DNA of 64,000 nucleotides from Bacilli bacterium (GTDB lineage Bacteria > Bacillota_I > Bacilli_A > RF39 > UBA660). Location: positions 924-64,923 of the forward strand of contig JAZQIU010000027.1 of the NCBI GenBank assembly GCA_045541255.1, written 5' to 3'. This document shows, piece by piece, positions 25,629-36,096 of the stretch. Every line of letters starts with the position of its first letter. The first letter of the stretch is position 1. The notes below the pieces were generated by a model. That model saw nothing but the letters and a program-made list of their open reading frames with translations, was not told the origin of the DNA and made no database searches. The translations under genes and the position numbers were made by a program.

Positions 25629-26612
25629 ATGAAAAAGATTATATGTATTGTTATTATTTTTGTAATAGTACTAACTGGTTCATTATTCTTTATTTTTAGA
25701 AAAGATAAGAATAATGGATTAGAGAAAGTTACTGTTGCTGAAGTTACTCATTCTGCTTTCTATGCTCCATGGTATGTTGCTATAGAAAATGGATATTTTG
25801 AAAAAAATGGAATTGAAATTGATGTAGTCTTAACAAGTGGTGCAAATAATGTTGTTGCCGCAGTATTAAGTAATGATGTTAATATTGGATTGTGTGGTCC
25901 TGAAGCTACTATATATATTTATGAAGAAGGAGAAAAGGATTATATACAAACTTTCTCTGGGTTAACTAAAAGAGATGGACAATTTATAGTTTCTAGAGTT
26001 AAAAATGAGAATTTTAATATTAAAGATTTAAAAGGAAAAGAAGTTTTAGCAGGAAGAATTGGTGGTATGCCTGAATTAAATTTTGAAAATGCTTTAAGAA
26101 ATAGTAATATAAAAATTAAAGATGTTAATATAAATACTACTGTAGATTTTGCTTCTCTATCTGGGGCATTTATTGGTGGTACTGGAGATTATGTTAATCT
26201 ATTTGAACCTAATGCTACTCAATTAGAAAAATTAGGTTTTGGATATGTTGTTGCTAATATTGGTGAATTATCTGGTGAAATGCCTTACACAGCTTTTAAT
26301 GCTAGAAAAAGTTATATAAATAAAAATGAGAATATTATTAAAAACTTTGCAAAATCTATTAATGAAGGTTTAGAGTTTGTAGAGAAAAACGATGCTGAAA
26401 CTATTGCTAATGTTATAATAGAGCAATTCCCTGATACATCTGTAAATGATTTAATTAAAATAATTGATAGATATAAAAAAGCAGATTCTTGGCTTTCTAC
26501 AACATATATTAGTAAAGAAAGTTTTGAAAACTTGGAAGATATTATGATTGAATCAAATCAGTTAAAAGAATATGTTAATTACGAAGATTTAATCATTAAT
26601 TTTTATGAATAA
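25629..26612 (+). CDS. ABC transporter substrate-binding protein (NMT1/SsuA-like, tentative)
   Basis: Signal anchor. By-eye resemblance to the nitrate/sulfonate/bicarbonate-type binding-protein family. Overlaps the ATPase gene. Confidence 0.65.
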   Translation: MKKIICIVIIFVIVLTGSLFFIFRKDKNNGLEKVTVAEVTHSAFYAPWYVAIENGYFEKNGIEIDVVLTSGANNVVAAVLSNDVNIGLCGPEATIYIYEEGEKDYIQTFSGLTKRDGQFIVSRVKNENFNIKDLKGKEVLAGRIGGMPELNFENALRNSNIKIKDVNINTTVDFASLSGAFIGGTGDYVNLFEPNATQLEKLGFGYVVANIGELSGEMPYTAFNARKSYINKNENIIKNFAKSINEGLEFVEKNDAETIANVIIEQFPDTSVNDLIKIIDRYKKADSWLSTTYISKESFENLEDIMIESNQLKEYVNYEDLIINFYE

Positions 26613-27354
26613 TTTATTAAAAATTAATAATTTATCTAAAATTTATTATACTAAGTTAGGTTGTGTAGAAGCCTTAAAAAATGTTAATTTAGAAATTCAT
26701 GAAGGTGAAATATTAGGTATAATTGGTAATAGTGGTTGTGGCAAAAGTACTCTACTTTCTATATTATCTAAATTAGATAAAGAAACTAGTGGTAATATTA
26801 ACTGTTCTAAAGAAGATTATGTTGTTGGATACATGATGCAAGATGATGCTTTATTTCCTTGGTTAACTATATTGGATAATGCTACATTAGGATTAAAAAT
26901 TAAAAATATTAAAACTAAAGAAAATGTAGAATATACAAAAAAGTTATTAGAAACTTATGGACTAAAAGATTTTATGTATAAATATCCCAATAGTTTATCA
27001 GGTGGTATGAAACAACGTTTAGCTCTTATTAGAACTCTTGCTATTAAACCTGATATTTTACTTCTTGATGAACCATTTTCTAAATTAGATTTAATTAATA
27101 GATTAAGTATAAGTGATGATGTTTTTAATATTATTAAAAAAGAGCAAAAGACAACTATTATAATAAGCCATGATATTGCAGAATGCGTATCTTTATGTGA
27201 TAGAGTTGCAATTATGTCTAAAAGACCTGGTACTATAAAAAATATTTATGATATAAATTTATTAAATAAAGAGTTACCTTCTATAAATAGAACTGATGAT
27301 AAGTTTTACTATTATTATGATATTTTATGGAAGGAGATAGATAAAGATGAATAA
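26605..27354 (+). CDS. ABC transporter ATP-binding protein
   Basis: Walker A GNSGCGKST, signature LSGGMKQR, Walker B LLLDEPFS. Confidence 0.9.
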   Translation: MNNLLKINNLSKIYYTKLGCVEALKNVNLEIHEGEILGIIGNSGCGKSTLLSILSKLDKETSGNINCSKEDYVVGYMMQDDALFPWLTILDNATLGLKIKNIKTKENVEYTKKLLETYGLKDFMYKYPNSLSGGMKQRLALIRTLAIKPDILLLDEPFSKLDLINRLSISDDVFNIIKKEQKTTIIISHDIAECVSLCDRVAIMSKRPGTIKNIYDINLLNKELPSINRTDDKFYYYYDILWKEIDKDE

Positions 27355-28126
27355 TGACTTTTTAAAAAGAATTAAAAGAAATAATTTATTAGTTAAAGTT
27401 GTTCAAATATCTATAGGAATAATATTTTTGATAAGTTGGGAATTATTAAGTAGGTATAACATTATTAATAGTTTTATATTTTCTAGTCCTTCTGAAATAA
27501 TTAATACTATTATAGATTTATATAAAAATAATAATTTATTTAATAATATATGGGTAACTTTATATGAATTATTTATCTCTTTTGGTATCGGTAGTTCTTT
27601 AGGTTTTGTTATTGCTCTACTCTTTTATAGGTTTTCAATATTAAAAAAAATATTTGATCCATATTTAACTCTTTTAAATAGTTTACCAAAAGTAGCTTTG
27701 GGTCCTTTATTAATAATTTGGATTGGTGCTAATACTAATTCTATTATAGTAATGGCTTTACTAATTAATTTAATTGTTTCTATAGTTGGATTTTATAATG
27801 GTTTTATAAATACTGATGATTATAAATTAAAATTAATTAAATCATTTGGTGCTAATGAAAGACAAATAATTTTTAATTTAGTTATACCTAGTAGCATGGA
27901 AACAATATTTTCTACTTTAAAACTAAATATTAGTATGAGTTTAATTGGTGTTATTATGGGAGAATTTTTAAGTAGTAAAGCAGGCATTGGATATTTAATA
28001 CTTTATGGTACACAAGTATTTAATTTAAATTTAGTTATGAGTGGTATATTTTTATTATTAATACTTTCTTATTTGTTGTATTTAGTTATAAGTATATCAG
28101 AAAATAGAATTGTTAATAAAAGCTAA
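27347..28126 (+). CDS. ABC transporter permease
   Basis: About 6 TM helices. Overlaps the ATPase gene. Confidence 0.8.
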   Translation: MNNDFLKRIKRNNLLVKVVQISIGIIFLISWELLSRYNIINSFIFSSPSEIINTIIDLYKNNNLFNNIWVTLYELFISFGIGSSLGFVIALLFYRFSILKKIFDPYLTLLNSLPKVALGPLLIIWIGANTNSIIVMALLINLIVSIVGFYNGFINTDDYKLKLIKSFGANERQIIFNLVIPSSMETIFSTLKLNISMSLIGVIMGEFLSSKAGIGYLILYGTQVFNLNLVMSGIFLLLILSYLLYLVISISENRIVNKS

Positions 28127-28201
28127 TAAAGATTATTTCTCTATTAGTTTTTTTATTTATTAAAATTTTTGGATTTGATATAATTTAAGTGGTGGTATTA
28201 T

Positions 28202-29320
28202 ATGAATATTAAAGATAATATGTTGAGATATGAAAATGATTTAAGTGAATATGCAACTAGAGATAATGATGCTATACGACTATTCGATAATCAAGATGAT
28301 ATTAGACCTAATTATTATAGAGATATAGATAGAATTATTCATAGTTTATCATATACTAGATATGGTGATAAAACTCAAGTGTTTTCTAACAATGAAAACG
28401 ATCATATTTCTAAAAGAATAATCCATGTTCAATTAGTTAGCAAAATTGCTCGAACTATTGGAAGAGCTTTAAAATTAAATGAAGACTTGATAGAAGCAAT
28501 TGCATTAGGCCATGATTTAGGTCACGTACCTTTCGGACATGTTGGTGAAAGTATTTTAAATAAAATTTCTTTAGAAAATAATGAAGGTATATTTATGCAC
28601 AATATACAAAGTGTTAGAAATTTAATGAATATCGAAAACAATGGAAATGGTAGAAACTTAACTATTCAAGTATTAGATGGAATTATTTGCCATAATGGTG
28701 AAAGATTATTAGAAAAGTATGAATATAAAAATAAAAGTAAAGAAGAATTTTTACATGATGTGGATAACTCGTGGAAAGATAAAAAATATGCTAACAATTT
28801 AACTCCAATGACATTAGAAGCTTGTGTAGTAAGAGTTAGTGATATCATAGGATATATTGGTAGAGATTTAGATGACGCTATAGAAGTAGATAAAATTAGT
28901 AAAGATATTATTCCTGAAAATATTAAAAATATATTAGGTACTAATAATAAAGAAATTGTTAATACTTTGATTATGGATATTATAAATAATTCTTATGATA
29001 AAAATTATATTACTTTTTCTAATAATGTTTATAAAGCTTTAAATGAATTAATAAAATTTAACTATGATAATATATATTTTAAAGCAAATACTAAAGAACA
29101 AATTGAAGAATATGAGTTTATGTTTAGAGTCGTATTTAATAAATGTTTATACATTTTAGAGAATAATTTAACTGATTATAATATTTATAAATTTTATTTA
29201 GATAAAATGAACGATAAGTATAAAAATAATACTAGTAAAGTTAGAATTGTAATAGATTATATTGCTGGAATGACTGATAATTATTTTATAAATGAATTTA
29301 ATATATTAAAAAAGATTTAG
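28202..29320 (+). CDS. HD-domain dGTPase-like phosphohydrolase
   Basis: RIIHVQLVS...ALGHDLGHVPFGHVGE and a downstream D in VRVSDIIGYIGRDLDD. Confidence 0.8.
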   Translation: MNIKDNMLRYENDLSEYATRDNDAIRLFDNQDDIRPNYYRDIDRIIHSLSYTRYGDKTQVFSNNENDHISKRIIHVQLVSKIARTIGRALKLNEDLIEAIALGHDLGHVPFGHVGESILNKISLENNEGIFMHNIQSVRNLMNIENNGNGRNLTIQVLDGIICHNGERLLEKYEYKNKSKEEFLHDVDNSWKDKKYANNLTPMTLEACVVRVSDIIGYIGRDLDDAIEVDKISKDIIPENIKNILGTNNKEIVNTLIMDIINNSYDKNYITFSNNVYKALNELIKFNYDNIYFKANTKEQIEEYEFMFRVVFNKCLYILENNLTDYNIYKFYLDKMNDKYKNNTSKVRIVIDYIAGMTDNYFINEFNILKKI

Positions 29321-29335
29321 AAAATTCTAAATCTT

Positions 29336-30901
29336 TTATTTTGCAACTTCTTCTGCTCTTGTTTCTCTAACAACAGTTATTTTTATAGTACCAGGATATT
29401 GCATTTCAGCTTCAATTTTATCTTTAATATCTCTAGCAACTTTAAAACTTGTTAAATCATCAATTTCATCAGGTTTAACAATAACTCTTACTTCTCTACC
29501 CGCTTGCATTGCATATGTTTTTTCTACACCATCAAAACTATTTCCAATTTCTTCTAATTGCTCTAATCTCTTAATGTAGTTTTCCATTGAATCATTTCTT
29601 GCACCAGGACGAGCAGCTGATAATGTATCAGCTATTTGTGTTATAACTGCTATAACACTTTTAGCTTCAGTATCACCATGATGAGACGCTATTGCATTAA
29701 TTACAACTTTATCTTCTTTATATTTTTTAGCAATATCTACACCAATGTCAACATGACTACCTTCTATTTCATAATCTATAGATTTTCCAATATCATGTAG
29801 TAACCCCGCGCGTTTTGCTAAATTTATATTTTCACCTAATTCAGCAGCAATTAAGCCTGAAAGGTGCGCCACTTCTTTAGAGTGTTGTAACGCATTTTGT
29901 CCATAACTTGTTCTAAAGTTTAATTTACCAATTAATTGAACTAATTCTGGTTCAAATTTTGTTAATCCTAATTCTATAATTGCATCGTTTCCTAATTCTA
30001 TAACTCTTGCATTCATATCTGTACAAACTTTATCGTATATTTCTTCAATTCTAGTTGGATGTATACGTCCATCTTTGATTAAAGTTTCTATAGTAAGCTT
30101 TGCAATTTCTCTTCTAAATGGATCAAATGAAGATATTACTATAGCTTCTGGTGTATCATCTATAATTAAATCTACTCCAGTTACAGCTTCTATTGTTCTA
30201 ATATTTCTTCCTTCTCTACCAATTAATCTACCTTTCATATCATCATTTGGTAGTTGAATTGTAGTAACAGTTTGGATATTTGTAACATCATTACTATATC
30301 TTTGCATACTATTTACTAATAAATTTTTTGCTTTTTTATCTACTTCTAATTTTGCTTCTGCTTCTTTTTCTTTAATTAAAAGAGCAATTTCTTTTGACAT
30401 ATCTCTTTCAACTCTATCAAGTATCATTTGATGTGCTTGTTCCTTAGAAAACTTTGCAATGCTTTCTAATACTCCCATTTCTTGTTTTAAAAGTTCATCC
30501 ATCTTTAACTCTTTTTCTTGGATTTGTTTTTGTAAAGCATTTAAATTATTATCTTTTTGTTCTAAAAGATTATCTCTATTTTGTAACATTTCTTCTCTTT
30601 TATCTAGAGATTTTTCTCTTGTTAGTAATCTTTCTTCACTAGCAAGTAATTCTTGTTTTTTTTCTTTAATTTCTTTATCGGTTTCAGTTTTTAATTTATA
30701 ACTTTCTTCTTTTAATTCTAAAATAGTATCTCTTTTATGTTTTTCCGCTTCTTTTTTTGCGTCAGCCAATAATTTTTCTGCTTTTTTACCTGCTCCTGCG
30801 CCAGTTAATACTACTACACCAAAAATTCCGCCAGCGCCTACAAGTAAACCAATTATAAGAGTTATTATGGAAGTTGTTGTTATTACCATAATTTCCTCCA
30901 T
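29336..30901 (-). CDS. rny: Ribonuclease Y
   Basis: N-terminal TM, coiled coil, KH (GREGRNIRT) and HD (LLHDIGK) domains. Confidence 0.95.
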   Translation of the reverse strand: MEEIMVITTTSIITLIIGLLVGAGGIFGVVVLTGAGAGKKAEKLLADAKKEAEKHKRDTILELKEESYKLKTETDKEIKEKKQELLASEERLLTREKSLDKREEMLQNRDNLLEQKDNNLNALQKQIQEKELKMDELLKQEMGVLESIAKFSKEQAHQMILDRVERDMSKEIALLIKEKEAEAKLEVDKKAKNLLVNSMQRYSNDVTNIQTVTTIQLPNDDMKGRLIGREGRNIRTIEAVTGVDLIIDDTPEAIVISSFDPFRREIAKLTIETLIKDGRIHPTRIEEIYDKVCTDMNARVIELGNDAIIELGLTKFEPELVQLIGKLNFRTSYGQNALQHSKEVAHLSGLIAAELGENINLAKRAGLLHDIGKSIDYEIEGSHVDIGVDIAKKYKEDKVVINAIASHHGDTEAKSVIAVITQIADTLSAARPGARNDSMENYIKRLEQLEEIGNSFDGVEKTYAMQAGREVRVIVKPDEIDDLTSFKVARDIKDKIEAEMQYPGTIKITVVRETRAEEVAK

Positions 30902-30998
30902 CTATTTTTTATAAATAATTTATAATCTAATAAATAACTTACATCTTTATTATAAAATTAATTTGTTCATTTTGCAAGGTATTTAAAAAAAGCTATTT

Positions 30999-32039
30999 TT
31001 ATTTAGCTTCTTTTGTAGTCTTTTTTTGTTCTTCTTTAATTAATTCATAATGAACTCTGATTTTTTTATCAATTTCGTCCATAATATCAGGATTATTTTC
31101 TAAATAAAGTTTTGCATTTTCTCTTCCTTGGCCAATTTTTTCACCATTATATGCATACCATGCACCACTTTTATCTACTACATCTATCATACTACCAATA
31201 TCAATAATTTCCCCTGATTTTGATACTCCTTTTCCATACATAATATCAACAGTTGTTGTTTTAAATGGTGGAGCAACTTTATTTTTTACTACTTTAATAT
31301 TAGTTTTATTACCAATAATATTCTCTCCCATTTTTATTTGTTCGCCGCGTCTTATATCTAATCTAATTGTAGAATAGAATTTTAAAGCTCTTCCTCCTGG
31401 AGTTGTTTCTGGGTTACCAAATAAAACGCCTACTTTTTCTCTTAATTGATTTATAAAAATTGCTGTAGTTTTGGTTTTATTTATTGTACCACTTAATTTT
31501 CTTAATGCTTGAGACATTAATCTTGCTTGTAATCCAACATGTGAGTCTCCCATTTCACCTTCTATTTCAGCTTGTGGAACTAATGCTGCAACTGAATCTA
31601 TTACAACAATATTTACCGCTTCACTTCTAACTAATGCTTCACATATTTCTAATGCTTGTTCACCAGTATCTGGTTGAGATAATAACAATTCATCAATGTT
31701 AACTCCTAATTGTCTTGCGTATACTGGATCTAATGCATGTTCTGCATCAATAAACGCAGCTCTTCCTCCAGTTTTTTGTACTTCTGCTACTGCTTGTAAT
31801 GCTATAGTAGTTTTACCACTACTTTCAGGTCCATAAATTTCTATAATTCTTCCTTTAGGAAATCCTCCAACTCCTAATGCTATATCTAGACCTAATGAAC
31901 CACTTGAAGTTGTTTCAATCTCCATGTGTTCATTACCTCCTAATTTCATTATTGAACCTTTTCCAAATTGTTTTTCGATATCTGCTAAAACTTGTTCTAA
32001 AGCTTTATCTTTATCTGTAGTATCTTTGATAGTTTTCAT
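30999..32039 (-). CDS. recA: Recombinase A
   Basis: GPESSGKTT and full-length collinearity with RecA. Confidence 0.97.
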   Translation of the reverse strand: MKTIKDTTDKDKALEQVLADIEKQFGKGSIMKLGGNEHMEIETTSSGSLGLDIALGVGGFPKGRIIEIYGPESSGKTTIALQAVAEVQKTGGRAAFIDAEHALDPVYARQLGVNIDELLLSQPDTGEQALEICEALVRSEAVNIVVIDSVAALVPQAEIEGEMGDSHVGLQARLMSQALRKLSGTINKTKTTAIFINQLREKVGVLFGNPETTPGGRALKFYSTIRLDIRRGEQIKMGENIIGNKTNIKVVKNKVAPPFKTTTVDIMYGKGVSKSGEIIDIGSMIDVVDKSGAWYAYNGEKIGQGRENAKLYLENNPDIMDEIDKKIRVHYELIKEEQKKTTKEAK

Positions 32040-32066
32040 ATATCCTCCCTATTTCCTTACAAAATA

Positions 32067-32095
32067 ATTGTAACAATTAAAAAAATGTTTGTCAA
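32067..32095 (-). promoter_or_regulatory. recA promoter
   Basis: -35 TTGACA (32090-32095), 17-nt spacer, -10 TACAAT (32067-32072). Confidence 0.65.
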
Positions 32096-32104
32096 CACTT
32101 TTAT

Positions 32105-32119
32105 CGAACAAATGTATTG
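32105..32119. promoter_or_regulatory. Degenerate LexA (Cheo)-box-like site
   Basis: CGAACAAATGTATTG versus consensus CGAAC-N4-GTTCG (two mismatches in the right half). Lies just upstream of the recA -35. Confidence 0.3.
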
Positions 32120-32158
32120 CAAATATTTAATTTTTGTAAAAGTAAAAAGAAGACAAAA

Positions 32159-32755
32159 TTATTTGTCTTCTAAAAAGTACTTTTTATTTACTATAAAATA
32201 TTGAATTCCAGAATATATTGATAATATAGTTGCAATAACTAATAAAATATAATCAAGTCTAAATCCTACTAATTCAAATGGTAAGTTAGAAAAGAATACT
32301 AGTGATAAACCAACCATCATACATATTGTTTTTATTTTACCCCAAATACTAGCTCCAACTGCTCCACTTTTAGAACCAGCTACCATTTTTATTGAATCAA
32401 CAATTGTATCTCTTGTGATAATTACAACAGGTATTACTAAAGGAATATTTCCATTATAAGCTAATATGATTAACACTCCATTAACTAATACTTTATCTGC
32501 TATAGCATCCATAACTTTCCCAAAATCTGTTACTATATTATTCTTTCTTGCAATATTACCATCTAAAAAGTCTGTAAATGATGCAATTATAAATAATATT
32601 CCAGCTATAATATAATTTAAGCTTATAGTTACATTTGCTCCTATTTTATATATTGGTACATTTAATCCTACTGCTCCATAAGGGAACATTAATAATATAA
32701 GAACCATTGCTGCTAACACTAATCTACACATTGTTATTTTATTTGGTAAATTCAT
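32159..32755 (-). CDS. pgsA: CDP-diacylglycerol--glycerol-3-phosphate 3-phosphatidyltransferase
   Basis: CDP-alcohol phosphotransferase motif DGNIARK...G...DAIADK. Synteny with recA/rny as in Bacillus. Confidence 0.9.
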   Translation of the reverse strand: MNLPNKITMCRLVLAAMVLILLMFPYGAVGLNVPIYKIGANVTISLNYIIAGILFIIASFTDFLDGNIARKNNIVTDFGKVMDAIADKVLVNGVLIILAYNGNIPLVIPVVIITRDTIVDSIKMVAGSKSGAVGASIWGKIKTICMMVGLSLVFFSNLPFELVGFRLDYILLVIATILSIYSGIQYFIVNKKYFLEDK

Positions 32756-32765
32756 AATATATCTC

Positions 32766-33233
32766 CTATCTAAATATTAAAAAATCAGTTGTATTCATTA
32801 TAGTTATTTGTCTAATACTCCATATAAGTGCAACAACCATAATTATTATAGCTATTACTAATGCTATTATATAAGGTGTTGTTTTTAACTTTGGAATAGC
32901 TTTTGTATAAGGCGATGCAACTCTTGTATCTTTTTCTTCCTCTATTGCATTTTCTTTTACTGCTTCCTCTATTTTATCCATAGGTATTTTACTTGTTCTT
33001 TCAAACATATCCCCATTAAATATATCAATAATTTCGTCTGGATCTAAACCTATATATTTAGCATATTTTCTTATATATTCTTTTAATTCAAATACATCTT
33101 TAAATGCTCCCATATTACCATCTTCTATTTGTTCTAGTAATATGACAGGAATATCTAAATCTGTACTAACTTCTTCTAAAGTCACCCCTGATACTTCTCT
33201 AGAATTTCTTAAAGTATCACCAACTTCGATCAA
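32766..33233 (-). CDS. RodZ-like HTH membrane protein
   Basis: N-terminal HTH (LRNSREVSGVTLEEVSTDLDIPVILLEQIEDG) plus a single TM. TTG start behind GGAGTGAG. In the ymfM position upstream of pgsA. Confidence 0.65.
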   Translation of the reverse strand: MIEVGDTLRNSREVSGVTLEEVSTDLDIPVILLEQIEDGNMGAFKDVFELKEYIRKYAKYIGLDPDEIIDIFNGDMFERTSKIPMDKIEEAVKENAIEEEKDTRVASPYTKAIPKLKTTPYIIALVIAIIIMVVALIWSIRQITIMNTTDFLIFR

Positions 33234-33265
33234 AGTTTTCTCACTCCTTTTAATTAAAAAAAATT

Positions 33266-33608
33266 AAAATCTAATAAGCCATGTTCTGTACCTATTACTA
33301 GGTGGCAAACATTTATCTACAGAATATTCTGTCCTTTACTCCATTAAAATTCTTTCGTAAAGACTCCCCTACCATATTTTGGGTTTCTCGCTCGCGGGGT
33401 TTACCACGTTCCACTACATTCGTTTCCAAATGTACTCGTCTCTTTGGCACTTTTATATCTAATCTAACCATTTAAGGTTATTTCGAAGCCGTTAGTATAA
33501 ACTACCTAGAGTTATTTGTTCCTCTAGCACGAACACTACTACCATTTCAGGATAGTGCGAGCATGGACTTTCCTCTACATATAAATATATGCAGCGTTTG
33601 CCTAGATT
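33266..33608 (-). ncRNA. rnpB: RNase P RNA, type B
   Basis: The minus strand carries GAGGAAAGUCCAUGCUCGCAC (33556-33575), GUGGAACGUGGUAAACCCCGCGAGCGAGAAACCCAAA and ACAGAACAUGGCUUA, collinear with B. subtilis rnpB. The ends pair (AAAUCUAG/UUAGAUUU). End coordinates are +/-5 nt. Confidence 0.92.
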
Positions 33609-33935
33609 TTAATTATCTTTTCCATAAACTATTTTTTCAAGATTACTTAATCTTCTAAGAAGGTCAACATTATTAGATGTTCCATTTGAAGTAGTTCCAG
33701 CAGATTCTATATTATCTCTAAGTTTTCTATATTCACTTTTAAGTTTATTATAATCTTCTGTTAAACTTCTGTTTTCTTTTTCTAATTTTTTTATGATATT
33801 CATAAACTCAGTATAATCTCTCATTATCATATCTAAAAATTTATCTACTTCTTGAGGTCTATATCCTCTTGCATCAATTTTAAATTCTTTATCTAAAATA
33901 TCTTGTGTAGTTAAATAAAACTTTTCATTATACAT
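33609..33935 (-). CDS. gpsB: Cell-cycle protein GpsB (DivIVA-domain)
   Basis: ILDKEFKIDARGYRPQEVDKFLD followed by a coiled coil. About 108 aa. Adjacent to rnpB as in B. subtilis. Confidence 0.8.
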   Translation of the reverse strand: MYNEKFYLTTQDILDKEFKIDARGYRPQEVDKFLDMIMRDYTEFMNIIKKLEKENRSLTEDYNKLKSEYRKLRDNIESAGTTSNGTSNNVDLLRRLSNLEKIVYGKDN

Positions 33936-34018
33936 AGAATATCACCCTTCTTATATCAATATTTTATAATTATTGTTCTTTATTGTCAAGAAAGATAAAA
34001 TATTAAAAAAACTACTAA

Positions 34019-34513
34019 TTATTTAGTAGCTTTTTGTTTTTTTGATTTTTTCTCTTTAGGAATTAATTTTTTTACTAATGGATGTTCTCTATTTAATTCT
34101 CCATTATCATATAATATTCCTTCTTCAATTAAATCAGCTTGTTCTAAATAAGATGTAGTTCTATTCATTGTTTTCTTACCATTAGCAATCATATATTCTG
34201 TAATTTGTCTAATAATTTGTAATTCATCTTTTTTAGGCATTACATAATATTTTACTACTTTTCTTCTTTTTATTTTTTTCCCATCTGTTCTAGTAATTGT
34301 TGTATTAGTTTTTTCTGTAGTTTTTATTGTTGCTTTTTGTAATTCTTTTTTAGTTACATCTAAATATTCACCTAAATTATTTTTAGCAAAATTATCTAAT
34401 ATATAGTTTGCTCCTATATATGCTTCTTTAGCTCCTTTAAAATTATTTTTTGCTTTTGATTGTTTTATTGTTCTTTCTAAATCAAAATTATAATCAAATA
34501 TTACTTCTTTCAT
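34019..34513 (-). CDS. Unknown-family paralog 3 (soluble; shares a C-terminal ~70-aa module)
   Basis: GKKIKRRKVVKYYVMPKKDELQIIRQITEYM...ADLIEEGILYDNGELN aligns with the C-termini of the two upstream genes. Confidence 0.55.
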   Translation of the reverse strand: MKEVIFDYNFDLERTIKQSKAKNNFKGAKEAYIGANYILDNFAKNNLGEYLDVTKKELQKATIKTTEKTNTTITRTDGKKIKRRKVVKYYVMPKKDELQIIRQITEYMIANGKKTMNRTTSYLEQADLIEEGILYDNGELNREHPLVKKLIPKEKKSKKQKATK

Positions 34514-34529
34514 CTTAAATCTCTCCTTT

Positions 34530-35165
34530 TTATTTCTTCTTTAAATTTAAAATTTTTCCTTTTTCAGTTACATTACCTAATTCATCTATAAAACCTTCAG
34601 TAATTAAATCTTTTTCATCTATTACATAAGTTTTATTATTATATTTTTTATAGAAAACATTTTTAATATATGTTGTAACTTCTTTTATTATTTTATATTT
34701 ATCATTATTATTTATAGTAATATAATTTATTACTTTTTTACGTTTTTTATATTTACCATTATCTAAATATTCAAAACCTTTACTGTTTTCTATTTCAATT
34801 ACTTCAACTTTATCTTTTATTTCTTCTTTTGTTAAATCTATATCATTTTGATTTATTGTTTCTACAATAGAATCTATTTCTTTATTAGCTTTTTTATTTG
34901 CTATGTGTCTTATCATAAGTTCATATATTGTTGCTAATAAAAATGCAGGAACATAAATTAATGCAGAAAGATAAAAAGTTAAAACTACAGCTCCTAAAGG
35001 TTGCATTATAATAGTTGTTATTAAACTTGCTAGTACGCTAGATAATAATACTAAAGAAGCATTTTTAGCTAATACTTTCAAACATTTCTTAAATGTTATT
35101 TTATCTTTAAAACTCCTTATTGTATTACCAATATTTAATTTCTTTGGATTTTTAAATATTTTCAT
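34530..35165 (-). CDS. Unknown-family paralog 2 (2-TM N-terminus plus shared C-terminal module)
   Basis: GKYKKRKKVINYITINNNDKYKIIKEVTTYI...KDLITEGFIDELGNVTEKGK. Two hydrophobic helices. Confidence 0.55.
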   Translation of the reverse strand: MKIFKNPKKLNIGNTIRSFKDKITFKKCLKVLAKNASLVLLSSVLASLITTIIMQPLGAVVLTFYLSALIYVPAFLLATIYELMIRHIANKKANKEIDSIVETINQNDIDLTKEEIKDKVEVIEIENSKGFEYLDNGKYKKRKKVINYITINNNDKYKIIKEVTTYIKNVFYKKYNNKTYVIDEKDLITEGFIDELGNVTEKGKILNLKKK

Positions 35166-35176
35166 AAATTACCTCC

Positions 35177-35782
35177 TTAATATAAACTTAAACCTAATGT
35201 TTTAGCTTTTTCAGTTAATTTACCATCTTCAGTAATTAACCCTTCATTTATCAAATCTCTATCATTTAAGAATTCTATTTTAGTTTCTTTTTCTTTATAG
35301 AATTTATTTTTTATCTCTTTAGTCATTTGTCTAATTATTTTTAGTTTTTTATTTTTATTTATAACTATATAATCTATAACTTTTTTTCTTGTTGCTCTTT
35401 TTCCATTTTTTAAAGTCACTTCATCTTTGTTATTTTCAATTTCTAAAACATCACAATTTTCTATATCTTTTTTATCTAAATCTAATTTATTTAATGCTAG
35501 TATATTTTTTACATTTTTTAATGCTTTTTTATAAAAGCCATGTTGGATTAAAAGTAAAGTAGTCATTACTATACTCATAGGAACTGAATATAACATTCCT
35601 ATTAATGTTCCTAATACTAATCCACCATAACCTAATAATATTCCAAATGTAATTGCTGATAATAACCCAGGTATTAATATTATTAATAAAGCATTTCTTA
35701 TATCTTTAACCTTCACTTTGCAATCAAGATTGCATACTTGTTTAGATAAATCATAATTATTTTTATCATTTAATAATCTCAT
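35177..35782 (-). CDS. Unknown-family paralog 1 (2-TM N-terminus plus shared C-terminal module)
   Basis: GKRATRKKVIDYIVINKNKKLKIIRQMTKEI...RDLINEGLITEDGKLTEKAK. Start set at MRLLND (ATG 35782) behind AAGGGGGA. Confidence 0.55.
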   Translation of the reverse strand: MRLLNDKNNYDLSKQVCNLDCKVKVKDIRNALLIILIPGLLSAITFGILLGYGGLVLGTLIGMLYSVPMSIVMTTLLLIQHGFYKKALKNVKNILALNKLDLDKKDIENCDVLEIENNKDEVTLKNGKRATRKKVIDYIVINKNKKLKIIRQMTKEIKNKFYKEKETKIEFLNDRDLINEGLITEDGKLTEKAKTLGLSLY

Positions 35783-35812
35783 ACTTCCAAATCCCCCTTT
35801 TAAAAGTAAAAA

Positions 35813-35828
35813 GACTCCTAAAGGAGTC
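35813..35828 (-). terminator. Terminator-like hairpin inside the 5' leader of the paralog operon (possible attenuator)
   Basis: GACUCC-UUUA-GGAGUC followed by UUUUUACUUUU, about 20 nt upstream of the SD. Confidence 0.5.
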
Positions 35829-35877
35829 AATTATTTTGTTATTAAAAAATATATACCTCAACCCCATTAGTACAAGA

Positions 35878-35906
35878 ATTATAGCATATCATATATGAAA
35901 TGTCAA
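35878..35906 (-). promoter_or_regulatory. Consensus sigma-A-type promoter of the paralog operon
   Basis: -35 TTGACA (35901-35906), 17-nt spacer, -10 TATAAT (35878-35883). Confidence 0.7.
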
Positions 35907-35918
35907 ATTATGTAAATA

Positions 35919-35942
35919 AAACCCACACTGTTCTGTGGGTTT
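35919..35942. terminator. Bidirectional terminator downstream of the amidase gene
   Basis: AAACCCACA...TGTGGGTTT with A/T runs on both sides. Confidence 0.65.
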
Positions 35943-36096
35943 ATTTTAAATACACATGCGTTTTGTAAGACTTAATATTTGCAAGATCGATTTCTTTTAT
36001 TATTTGATCTATTAAAAAATCTATTCTTATAAATATCCCTTCTTTCGGCATTATTTTACCAAAAGTGAGGAATATTACAATAAATTCGACAAAACA

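Noticed and set aside
28202-29320. HD dGTPase-like protein as a possible anti-phage dNTP-depletion enzyme.
   Set aside because: It is a single gene in a housekeeping context next to an ABC transporter and rny. Nothing distinguishes it from ordinary dGTPase-like paralogs.
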